Assembly (NCBI GenBank): GCA_018830295.1
Contig: JAHJSM010000001.1
Location: 386,203 to 450,202, forward strand
Direction: 5' to 3'
Source of the DNA: Patescibacteria group bacterium
GTDB lineage: Bacteria > Patescibacteriota > Minisyncoccia > Portnoybacterales > UBA2143
Length of the DNA stretch: 64,000 nt
Below, piece after piece: positions 20,201 to 30,240 of this stretch (positions within the stretch are counted from its first letter, which is position 1; the number at the start of each line of letters is the position of its first letter). A program made the position numbers and the translations under genes. The notes beneath the pieces are model-generated. The model worked only from the letters and a program-made list of their open reading frames with translations, was not told the DNA's origin and did no database searches.

Positions 20201-21697
20201 AACCCCTTCAAGTTTCATCGCCATATCAATCAGCCGTTTAATTTGCGGGTCTGACTCGTACGCTTTGTGAAGTTCTTGCGATTCATAAACGGCCTCTTTG
20301 AGCGACAAGCCAAAGGGAACCATTTTCGCCGTTTGGTCGCAAACGATGTAAGGGTAATCAAGGGCGCGTCCGACATCGCGGATAGAGCCGCGCGCCGCCA
20401 TCGTCCCAAAAGTAATAATTTGGGCGACATGGTTTTGCCCATATTTTTTCGCGACATATTCAATGACTTCGTTGCGGCGGTCGTCGGCGAAATCCAAGTC
20501 AATATCAGGCATTGAAACGCGCTCGGGATTTAAAAACCGTTCAAAAAGCAAATTGTATTTAAGCGGGTCAATTTCTGTAATGCCAAGCAAAAAGGCGATA
20601 AGCGAGCCCGCGGCTGAACCCCTGCCTGGGCCGACTCCGATTCCTTGCTCCTTCGCCCAGTCCACGAAATCACAGACGATCAGGAAATATGAAGCAAAAC
20701 CCATTTTGTTGATGATTTTCAATTCGTAATCAAGCCGTTCTATAATCTCTTTGCTTGTTCCGTCCGGATAGCGGGTCTTCAATTCTTGGCGGCAAGTTTT
20801 TTCCAAAACGCCGTCGGGCGTTTCTCCTTTGGGAACTTCAAAAGAGGGGAGTTGAATTGTATCAAGGACAAATCCAAAATCGCACTGCTGGACAATTTTT
20901 TGGGTATTAGAAATCGCGTCAGGCGTGTCTTTGAAATCCGCGACCATTCGCTCAATCGGCCGCAAGGAAAAATCGTTTTCTTTCATAGAGAGACGGTTTC
21001 CATCGTCCATTTTCTTGTCCATTTGGATGCTCATCAAAACATCCTGCGCTTCGGCGTCTTCGGGTTTGATATAGTGAACATCGTTCGTCGCGACCAAGGG
21101 GATATTGTTTTTTCGCGCGATTTTAATTATTCCATCGTTGGCGATTCTTTGTTCAGGTAAATCAGGATGGTTTTGGATTTCTAAATAGAAATTGCCCGCG
21201 CCAAATATTTCCTGATATTCAAGCGCCAATTTTTCCGCCTCGTCCAAGTGGCCGTTGATAATTGTCCGAGGAATTTCTCCGACAATACAGGCGGAAAGGG
21301 CGATTAACCCTTTGCTATGTTTTTTAAGAAGTTCTTTGTCAACGCGCGGCTTGTAATAGAAGCCCTCTAAATACGCTTTGGTCGTCAGTTTAACTAAATT
21401 GCGATAGCCCTCTTCGTTTTTAACCAACAAAACCAAGTGATACGATTTATTATCAATATTCGGCCTTTTTTGGAACATTCCATTGGGCGCAATATACATT
21501 TCGTTTCCTAAAATTGGACGAATTCCTCTCTTTTTCGCTTCCCGATAAAATTCAACCAGCCCATACATAGAGCCATGGTCGGTTAAAGCGATAGAAGGCA
21601 TCTTCAACTCCTGACACATATCCAACAAAGGCCCGATTTTAGCGAGCCCGTCCAAAAGAGAATAGTGCGAGTGAACATGAAGATGAGTGAAGGACAT
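17261..21697 (-). CDS. dnaE: DNA polymerase III alpha subunit interrupted by an intein
   Basis: PHP domain (HLHVHSHYSLLDG) and pol III alpha core. A 426-aa intein sits between …KNTYGV and CVYQEQLMRIA…, the conserved TYG(I/V)-[C/L]YQEQ site. Confidence 0.9.
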   Translation of the reverse strand: MSFTHLHVHSHYSLLDGLAKIGPLLDMCQELKMPSIALTDHGSMYGLVEFYREAKKRGIRPILGNEMYIAPNGMFQKRPNIDNKSYHLVLLVKNEEGYRNLVKLTTKAYLEGFYYKPRVDKELLKKHSKGLIALSACIVGEIPRTIINGHLDEAEKLALEYQEIFGAGNFYLEIQNHPDLPEQRIANDGIIKIARKNNIPLVATNDVHYIKPEDAEAQDVLMSIQMDKKMDDGNRLSMKENDFSLRPIERMVADFKDTPDAISNTQKIVQQCDFGFVLDTIQLPSFEVPKGETPDGVLEKTCRQELKTRYPDGTSKEIIERLDYELKIINKMGFASYFLIVCDFVDWAKEQGIGVGPGRGSAAGSLIAFLLGITEIDPLKYNLLFERFLNPERVSMPDIDLDFADDRRNEVIEYVAKKYGQNHVAQIITFGTMAARGSIRDVGRALDYPYIVCDQTAKMVPFGLSLKEAVYESQELHKAYESDPQIKRLIDMAMKLEGVVRHASTHAAGVVITKEPLDDMVPCQRSGKDDQTIVTQYEMHAIEQLGLLKMDFLGLKTLTIIQNALRQIKELIGKDIDLANIPMDDEETFKVFQEANTTGVFQLESNGMKRYLRELKPTQFEDIVAMVALYRPGPMEFIPDFIARKHGLKEVRYIHPLLEPILKNTYGVCVTGDSFVQEANPGGILRIDEAIGSSKQLYVQSWNGKSFVKKKIINKFINGIKNVYEIRLRTGKQIKATADHEFLTPDGWKKLKNLEKGDFIMTPKKLFSGIKKFNEDKLKVLAYLIADGALSNHNSCYLVNKDEKILNDFKKRANAFDNLKITFSEHIRGVKRANPSKKITTKYHQPNSLLEWMRELGLKDKKGGKKSVDKFIPKFVFELDNQCIAAFLATFWDCDGGISLKSAYLTAISKRIIYDLQTLLLKLGINSHIYRVEKYKNQRDEMIQSYRIIIYNLREFYNQIGHLMITDKKKRLAEYLKRPIEDCKEFVPRKPFLKKIIEYQKKYSISQRSLSNILKISRKGFFGKEGKIKNRLNLQVANKIAYFLKDKELINLCQNKHARWEDIASIRRKGKENVYDLEVEGTHNFIANNIIVHNCVYQEQLMRIARDLSLFTPAEADTLRKAVGKKIKKLLDEQAKKMIDGMIKNNISRQIAEKVWQMVEPFAGYGFNAAHATCYALIGYQTAYLKAHYPTEFMAAVMTSDQNDIERISFLVDECNQIGVKVLPPDINESNHDFTKAGDRIIRFGLKAVKNVGDNVVHAIVEERKTNGAFKSITDFLERVNSKDLNKKSLESLVKCGAFDAFGERNQLLNAVEMMLNLARESQKNKANGQISLFSDQPMVAPSFKLPSAPPAEKKELLGWEKELLGLYISEHPLKAYQKQLAGKTIKCQSISKNHAGTRIKVGGIINRIKRINTRTGQPMLFVEIEDMTGRIEALVFPSVLAKNPDIWQEETIVLLGGRLSDRNDDLKILCDSVKVIE
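18416..19693 (-). mobile_element. DnaE intein with a LAGLIDADG homing-endonuclease domain
   Basis: Starts CVTGDS… and ends …IVHN, followed by C+1. Internal LAYLIADG and FWDCDGG dodecapeptide motifs. Confidence 0.75.
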
Positions 21698-21773
21698 AAA
21701 ATTAGTATACCACCTCCACCCCCTCCCGCAAAGATTGACATTTCTTGAAAAATGGTTGTTTGGGGACTGAATT

Positions 21774-21853
21774 AAAAAGGTCAGACCTTTCAAAACGACA
21801 TTCTCGCGACTGCTTATTATTTAGTGACAAACTAATGGAAAGGTCTGACCTTT
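21774..21853. promoter_or_regulatory. two copies of the 15-bp palindrome AAAGGTCWGACCTTT in the divergent dnaE/ligA control region
   Basis: AAAGGTCAGACCTTT at ~21776-21790 and AAAGGTCTGACCTTT at ~21839-21853. The first copy extends as AAAGGTCAGACCTTTCAAAACGACATTCTCGCGAC. Confidence 0.5.
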
Positions 21854-21912
21854 TTAATTTAACACACGAGGTCTAACACACTATTACTCCAAAATTGATT
21901 TCTTGAAAATAG

Positions 21913-24286
<2,374 letters not shown>

Positions 24287-24290
<4 letters not shown>

Positions 24291-25735
24291 ATCTCAATCA
24301 ACTTACAATTAAAGAAGCTCATCAAGGCCTTTTGAAGAAGGAATTTTCTTCGGTGGAACTGACCGAGGCGGTTTTGGGGCAGATTAAAAGGCGTAATCAA
24401 GAAATTAACGCCTATTTGGTCTTGACCGAAGAAATGGCGTTGACGCAAGCCAAAAAGGTGGACAAAATGATTGCTAATAACGAAGAAATTGGTCTTTTGG
24501 CGGGCATTCCTGCCGCGATTAAGGATAATATCATGATTGACGGCGTTCAGTGTACGGCCGCCTCAAAAATTTTGGAAAATTACATCGCGCCTTATGACGC
24601 GACAGTTATTAAAAAACTTAAAAAACAAGGCGCGGTTTTTGTTGGCAAAACAAATTTGGATGAATTCGCGATGGGGTCTTCAACCGAGAATTCGGCGTTT
24701 GGTCCGACTAAAAATCCGCGCGATTTGAGTCGTGTTCCAGGCGGAAGTTCGGGCGGGTCCGCGGCGGCTGTCGCCGATGACCAGTGTATTTACGCGTTGG
24801 GTTCTGACACAGGCGGTTCTATCCGCCAGCCAGCTTCTTTTTGCGGGGTGGCCGGATTAAAGCCGACTTATGGCTCGGTTTCTCGTTATGGGCTCATCGC
24901 TTTCGCTTCTTCTTTGGACCAAATCGGACCGCTCGCGAAAACGACCGAGGATTGTCAGATTATTTTTGAGGCGATTAATGGTAGAGACGAAATGGACGCG
25001 ACGAGTTTTAATTTCGGAAACCAAGTTTCCGCCGGAAACTCGGTTTCCAATCTTAAGATAGGAATTCCTAAGGAATATTTTGTGGCGGGGATTGACTCGG
25101 CAGTGGAGGAGGCGGTGAGGGGGGCAATTTCTCAATACGAGAAAATGGGATTTGAAATTGTGGAAATAAGTTTGCCTCACACCGAATACGCCTTGCCCGT
25201 TTACTATATTATTATGCCCGCCGAAGCGTCTTCTAATTTAGCCCGTTATGATGGAATTAAATACGGGCTTTCGGAAATTGACAAAGATTTATTGGGTGGA
25301 TACTTAAAAACGCGACAAAAGGGATTTGGCGATGAAGTCAAAAGAAGAATTATGCTCGGGACTTATGTTTTGTCGGCTGGCTATTACGACGCTTATTATC
25401 TTAAAGCGCAAAAAGTGAGAACTTTAATTAAGAACGACTTCTTGAAGGCGTTTGAAAAAGTAGATGTTTTAATCACGCCGACCGCGCCCACGCCCGCTTT
25501 CAAAATCGGGCAGAAAATAGCCGACCCTGTTTCAATGTATCTTTCGGATATTTACACAATTTCCGCGAACTTAGCTGGTTTACCCGCTATCTCTATTCCT
25601 ATTAAAAGCAACAGTCCTTTGCCGATAGGCATGCAAATTATAGGTAAACAATTTGGAGAAAATGATATTTTTAAAATAGCGCGCGCTTATGAGAATTTGG
25701 GGACAGTCCCCGCAACAGGGACTGTCCCCAAATAA
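24287..25735 (+). CDS. gatA: Asp/Glu-tRNA amidotransferase subunit A, C-terminus encoded by a palindromic element
   Basis: Amidase signature GGSSGGSAAAVA. The last residues …LGTVPATGTVPK come from the repeat at 25698-25729. Confidence 0.9.
25698..25729. repeat. type A palindromic element at the gatA 3' end
   Basis: GGGGACAGTCCCCGCAACAGGGACTGTCCCC. Confidence 0.85.
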
Positions 25736-25741
25736 AAATTT

Positions 25742-26275
25742 ATGCTTACAAAACTTCTTAAAATTCAGGAAAAAATCAATGACTACTTTCTTTCTTCCGA
25801 CTGGGAGGAAAATCTTTTGATTTTGAAAGTAATTTCTGTTCTTATTTCTGCTTTGCTCCTTTTTATTATTTTCTTCTTAACATTCCGATTAAGAAAAAGC
25901 GTTAAAAAATCATTGGAATTAGTAGCGGGAAGCGTTTCGTCCGCGGGCAAATCAACGAAAGTTGTCAGCAAAGAATGGGAATCGGTTTTGGAAAAAATAG
26001 AAAAGAAAGATGAGAGCAGTTATAAGCTGGCAGTGATTGAAGCGGATAAAATTTTGGACGACTTGCTCAAAAAAATCGGCTATGTCGGAGATGATATGGG
26101 GGAGCGGCTTAAAAAAATTACCGCCGCCCAACTATCCAACATTGACGAGGTCTGGCAAGCGCACCGCGTCCGCAACCGCGTCGTCCATGAACCCGATTTC
26201 CAACTAACCCGTCCCCAAGCCAAAAGAGCGATAGAAATCTATCAAAAGGCGTTAGAGGACTTGGAGATGATATAA
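25742..26275 (+). CDS. hypothetical membrane protein
   Basis: ORF with one hydrophobic helix. No recognised domain. Confidence 0.4.
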   Translation: MLTKLLKIQEKINDYFLSSDWEENLLILKVISVLISALLLFIIFFLTFRLRKSVKKSLELVAGSVSSAGKSTKVVSKEWESVLEKIEKKDESSYKLAVIEADKILDDLLKKIGYVGDDMGERLKKITAAQLSNIDEVWQAHRVRNRVVHEPDFQLTRPQAKRAIEIYQKALEDLEMI

Positions 26276-26278
26276 ATG

Positions 26279-26352
26279 CGGGAGCGACCGGGCTCGAACC
26301 GGCGACCTTCTGCGTGACAAGCAGATGCTCTAACCAACTGAGCTACGCCCCC
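26279..26352 (-). tRNA. tRNA-Asp (GUC)
   Basis: Cloverleaf read from the minus strand: GGGGGCG acceptor, D-arm GCUCAGUUGGUUAGAGC, anticodon loop UUGUCAC, T-arm GGUUCGAGCC. CCA is not encoded. Confidence 0.9.
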
Positions 26353-26382
26353 ATTGTTTTAGACCCTTCGCAGGTTCTAAAG

Positions 26383-26454
26383 TAGCAGGAGTGGGGATCG
26401 AACCCACCATAGGTCGCTTATGAGACGACCTCAGACACCAGTCTGCTTCCTGCC
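26383..26454 (-). tRNA. tRNA with a CAU anticodon (elongator Met or Ile2-like) and an atypical anticodon arm
   Basis: Acceptor GGCAGGA/UCCUGCU, T-arm GUGGGUUCGAUCCCCAC. Nine nt separate the 5-bp anticodon stem halves (UCUCAUAAG). That implies a sixth U·G pair with a CUCAUAA loop, or an expanded loop. Confidence 0.65.
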
Positions 26455-26482
26455 TCGGGTGGGTTTTAAATTAATAACCTTG

Positions 26483-26789
26483 TTGCGGGGGCAGGATTCG
26501 AACCTGCAACCTCAAGGTTCTTTGCGATTTCTATTTATAGAAGAAATCTGTATTAGCCATTTGTTTCCAAATGGAATGGACTATCCCATCATCTTTTTGC
26601 CTAAAAAAGATGTTCCCATTATAGTCTCTGAACCTTCCCTAATATGTATTAGGGCTTGGCTGCCGATTGCCGAGGGTTATATAACCCTGACGGTTTTCCA
26701 GCAATTTCGGGAATTTTCCACAAGATGTCGCCATCCTGCGCCACAATTTTATTTATGGGCCTCGCGAGCTGCCATTGCTCCACCCCGCG
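26483..26789 (-). tRNA. initiator tRNA-fMet (CAU) interrupted by a putative group I intron in the anticodon loop
   Basis: Exon 1 (26755-26789) is CGCGGGGUGGAGCAAUGGCAGCUCGCGAGGCCCAU. Exon 2 (26483-26519) is AACCUUGAGGUUGCAGGUUCGAAUCCUGCCCCCGCAA. The first 14 nt and the 3' strand CCCCGCA-A match E. coli tRNAfMet, including the C1·A72 mismatch. Confidence 0.75.
26520..26754 (-). other. putative 235-nt group I intron inside the tRNA-fMet gene
   Basis: 5' exon ends in U and can pair with an intron GUGG guide (a U·G P1). The intron ends in G. It contains a CAGAGACUAUAAUGGG stretch with the P7-region 'AGACUA' hallmark. No ORF. Confidence 0.6.
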
Positions 26790-26794
26790 TTGCT

Positions 26795-26823
26795 ATTATA
26801 GGGGATAATTTGTTTGATAGCAA
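26795..26823 (-). promoter_or_regulatory. promoter (TTGCTA-17-TATAAT) driving the tRNA-fMet/intron gene
   Basis: The -10 box lies 6-7 nt upstream of the mature tRNA 5' end on the minus strand. Confidence 0.55.
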
Positions 26824-26886
26824 GTTTTTTATGTCCACTTGCCCCAAAAGGTGAGAAGTGGTAAAATACACCCAATACAATAGGGT

Positions 26887-27276
26887 ATGAATTTATCTGT
26901 TTATTTATCAGGGTTGTTTATTGCCGTTTTATTGGCGAGCGCCTGTTTGGCGGCTATTTTAATTTATCTTAGTCCAACCCCTGTCAGCCCCTCTATTCTC
27001 GTCCTATTTTACTTAAGTTTATCCATCGCTTCCACGGGAATTTTCACTTTGACAGGCTTGTTTATTAGATGGATTTCCCACAGAAAAGGATTCTTTTTAT
27101 CGGAAAATCGCGTTTTTAGGCAATTGGAAATTTCTTTCAGGCAGGGCTTGCTTTTATCGGTTATTCTCGTCTCCGCTCTAATTCTGCAAAGCCAAAGAGC
27201 GTTGGCGTGGTGGCATTTAATTTTGTTAGTAGGTATAGTTGGGATAGCGGAATGGTGGTTAGGACATAGGACATAA
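26887..27276 (+). CDS. hypothetical small membrane protein
   Basis: Three or four predicted TM helices. No recognised domain. Confidence 0.4.
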   Translation: MNLSVYLSGLFIAVLLASACLAAILIYLSPTPVSPSILVLFYLSLSIASTGIFTLTGLFIRWISHRKGFFLSENRVFRQLEISFRQGLLLSVILVSALILQSQRALAWWHLILLVGIVGIAEWWLGHRT

Positions 27277-27284
27277 AATTTTTT

Positions 27285-28256
27285 ATGCTTAATCAACTTA
27301 AACAAAAAGCCCTTCAAGAGATAAGACAAGCAAAAGACATTAAGGCGCTTGAAGAGATATATCGTCAATATTTTGGCCGCAAGGGCGAATTGACGGAGAT
27401 TTTGCGTTCTTTGAAGGATTTGACGGAGGAAGAGAGAAAAGAAAAAGGGCGTCTCGCTAATCAAATTAAAAAGGAATTAGAGGAAGCGGTTAAAGAAAAA
27501 AGGGAAAAATTTTCCGTCAAAGGCGGGCAAGATAAAAAATGGATTGATGTAACTGCGCCTGGGGCTAAAGTTCCCGATGGTCATCTTCATCCGATTACTC
27601 TTGTTCAAAGACAGATAGAAGAAATTTTCCAATCAATGGGTTTTACGGTCGCCGAAGGTCCAGAAGTGGAGAGCGAGCATTATAATTTTGATGCTCTTAA
27701 TGTTCCCAAAGACCACCCCGCGCGAGACATTCAGGACACTTTTTGGCTGAAGGATTTTGATTTGCTTTTAAGGACGCACACCTCAAATATTCAAGCTAGA
27801 TACATGGAAAAGAACAATCCGCCTTTAAGAATTATCGCGCCCGGCCGTTGTTTTCGCCACGAGGCGACTGATGCTTCTCATGATGTTCAATTTAATCAAG
27901 TAGAGGGTTTAATGATCGGCCAAGATGTTTCGGTGGCGGATTTTAAGGGAGTAATGGAGGAATTTTTAAAAAGGTTTTTTAGCCAAGATATTGAAATGCG
28001 TTTGCGACCCGGATATTTTCCTTTTGTTGAGCCGGGCTTTGAAATTGACGCGAGAAGAAAAGGGCAAAAGTGGCTAGAACTAATGGGGGCGGGGATGGTT
28101 CATCCAAATGTTTTTAAAGCGGTTGGATATATCCCAAGCAAATGGCAGGGCTTTGCTTTTGGAATGTGTCCAGATCGTTTGGCAATGCTGAAATACAAAA
28201 TTGATGATATCAGATTATTCTACGCGAGCGATTTAAGATTTTTAAAACAATTCTAA
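27285..28256 (+). CDS. pheS: phenylalanyl-tRNA synthetase alpha subunit
   Basis: Class II core motifs (…FRHEATDASH…, …GAGMVHPNV…). Confidence 0.95.
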   Translation: MLNQLKQKALQEIRQAKDIKALEEIYRQYFGRKGELTEILRSLKDLTEEERKEKGRLANQIKKELEEAVKEKREKFSVKGGQDKKWIDVTAPGAKVPDGHLHPITLVQRQIEEIFQSMGFTVAEGPEVESEHYNFDALNVPKDHPARDIQDTFWLKDFDLLLRTHTSNIQARYMEKNNPPLRIIAPGRCFRHEATDASHDVQFNQVEGLMIGQDVSVADFKGVMEEFLKRFFSQDIEMRLRPGYFPFVEPGFEIDARRKGQKWLELMGAGMVHPNVFKAVGYIPSKWQGFAFGMCPDRLAMLKYKIDDIRLFYASDLRFLKQF

Positions 28257-30238
28257 TGAAGGTCTCATACAATTGGCTACAATCTTTTTTTGATAAAAAA
28301 CTTCCCAGTCCGGAAAAACTGGCGGATTTGCTGTCTTCGCATTCCTTTGAAACAGAGGTGATTGAACGGGTGGGTAGTGATTACGCTTTGGATGTGGATG
28401 TTTTGCCGAACCGGGCGCATGATTGCCTTGGGCATTTAGGTGTCGCGCGGGAAATTGGGGCGATCATAAATTCAAAACTCAAAATTCAAAACTCGCGCCG
28501 TCGCCAAAGCGGCTATGGCGCGTCGGCGACAAAATTAAAAATCAAAACGCAAAACAAAGATATTAAAGATTTTCTTAAAATTAAAGTCGGTGATAAAAAA
28601 CTTTGTCCGCGTTATACAGCTCGGATGGTGGTTGATGTTAAGGTTGGTCCTTCGCCAGAATGGATTCAAGAACGGCTCAAAGTTTGTGGTTTAAAGCCGA
28701 TTAACAACATCGTGGACACCGTTAATTATGTTATGTTGGAAACAGGACAGCCCATGCACGCTTTTGATTTTGACAAAATAGCGGGTGAGCCAAAAACTCT
28801 CATTATCCGCCGAGCCAAAAAGGGAGAGAAGATCATTTCTTTAGATAACGAAACATACGAATTAGACGAAAATATTTTAGTGATTGCGGACGAGAAGAGC
28901 CCTCTTTGTATTGCCGGCATGAAGGGCGGGAAGGACGCGGAAATTGATAAGGAGACAAAAAGAATTGTTTTGGAGGCAGCTAATTTTGATTCGCGAATTA
29001 TTCGGAAGGCGTTTAATCAATTAAAATTAAGAACGGACGCTTCGTGGCGTTTTGAAAACGGGCTTGACCCAAATTTAACCTCATCGGCGATGGATATGGC
29101 GGTTGCTTTAATTGATGGACAAATTCTTAAAGGAGTTGTTGATATTTATCCGAACAAAGTTAAGCCGAAGACGATAAAATTGGACGCGAAAAAAGTCAGG
29201 AGTTTGTTAGGAGTTAATATTTCAGATAAAGAAATAATTGCTATTTTGAAAAAGTTAAGTTTCGTTAAGATAGGGACAGTCCCTCTGAAAGAGGGACTGT
29301 CCCTATCAGTCACCGTTCCGACGGCCCGTTTGGACATTTCTATCCAAGAGGATTTAATTGAGGAGGTTGGACGTCTTTATGGATTTGAAAAAATTCCAAG
29401 CCGTTTGCCTTTGGCCGCTCTCATCCCTCCCAAGCGAAATGATGATTTGATTTACCAGAATAAAATTAAAGATATTTTAGTTAATCTTGGTTTTAGCGAG
29501 GCGCTTAATTATTCATTGATTGGCGACGCGGAAATTGAATTAGCCAATCCAATTAGCCAGGAGCAGAAATATTTGCGTCCTTCTTTAGCGCTTAATTTAT
29601 TAAAAAACATTGAAAGCAATAAAAGATATTTTAATGAAGTGAGGTTATTTGAAATTGGTCGGGTTTTTGAAAGGGATAACGACAAGGTAATTGAAAAGAA
29701 AAAATTGGGCGCCGCTTTGTTCCCATCTGACTTTTATCGCCTCAAAGGAATTATTGAGACATTATTGAATAAAATGCAAATTAGCGATGTTTGGTATGAG
29801 GATGAATTAGAAAGAGATGATTTAAAGAGAGCGAAAGTGATAGTGGGAAATGATTTATTAGGTTGGATTGGAGACAATATTTTCGAACTTGATTTTGAAA
29901 AAATAGTTGAATTGGCGACAGAAGAAAGAATTTATTCGCCTCCTTCAAAATATCCAGCCGTGGTCAGAGATGTCGCTTTGTTGGTTGAGCCGGGAACAAA
30001 GATAGTTGAAGTGATGAATTTAATTAATACAGCGGGCGGTTCGTTAATCAGCGATGTTGATTTGTTTGATATGTACGAAGGAGAGGAAATCCCAGATGGC
30101 AAAAAAAGTTTGGCTTTCCGCGTTATTTATCAAGCGGACGACCACACCTTAACCGACAAAGAAGTCAACGCCTTACAGGAGAAAGTTATGAAAGCGTTGG
30201 AAGATGAAGGAGGGTGGGAAGTGCGGAAACAGAAATAG
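28256..30238 (+). CDS. pheT: phenylalanyl-tRNA synthetase beta subunit, short form, with an in-frame palindromic-element insertion
   Basis: B3/4 and B5 domains, and the FDxY anticodon-binding C-terminus. The repeat at 29274-29304 is translated as …IGTVPLKEGLSLSVTVP…. Confidence 0.9.
   Translation: MKVSYNWLQSFFDKKLPSPEKLADLLSSHSFETEVIERVGSDYALDVDVLPNRAHDCLGHLGVAREIGAIINSKLKIQNSRRRQSGYGASATKLKIKTQNKDIKDFLKIKVGDKKLCPRYTARMVVDVKVGPSPEWIQERLKVCGLKPINNIVDTVNYVMLETGQPMHAFDFDKIAGEPKTLIIRRAKKGEKIISLDNETYELDENILVIADEKSPLCIAGMKGGKDAEIDKETKRIVLEAANFDSRIIRKAFNQLKLRTDASWRFENGLDPNLTSSAMDMAVALIDGQILKGVVDIYPNKVKPKTIKLDAKKVRSLLGVNISDKEIIAILKKLSFVKIGTVPLKEGLSLSVTVPTARLDISIQEDLIEEVGRLYGFEKIPSRLPLAALIPPKRNDDLIYQNKIKDILVNLGFSEALNYSLIGDAEIELANPISQEQKYLRPSLALNLLKNIESNKRYFNEVRLFEIGRVFERDNDKVIEKKKLGAALFPSDFYRLKGIIETLLNKMQISDVWYEDELERDDLKRAKVIVGNDLLGWIGDNIFELDFEKIVELATEERIYSPPSKYPAVVRDVALLVEPGTKIVEVMNLINTAGGSLISDVDLFDMYEGEEIPDGKKSLAFRVIYQADDHTLTDKEVNALQEKVMKALEDEGGWEVRKQK
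29274..29304. repeat. type A palindromic element inside pheT
   Basis: GGGACAGTCCCTCTGAAAGAGGGACTGTCCC. Confidence 0.85.
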
Positions 30239-30240
30239 TT

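Noticed and set aside
26420-26854. 144-aa ORF spanning the tRNA cluster
   Set aside because: It overlaps two tRNA genes and the intron, and has an odd composition. It is spurious.
26483-26860. tmRNA (ssrA) as an explanation for the ~300-nt RNA with a tRNA-like T-arm and acceptor
   Set aside because: The acceptor has the initiator-specific C1·A72 and no G3·U70 alanine determinant. The 5' 35 nt form a complete tRNAfMet D-arm and anticodon 5' half. I could find no convincing tag-peptide reading frame. A group I intron in the anticodon loop fits better.
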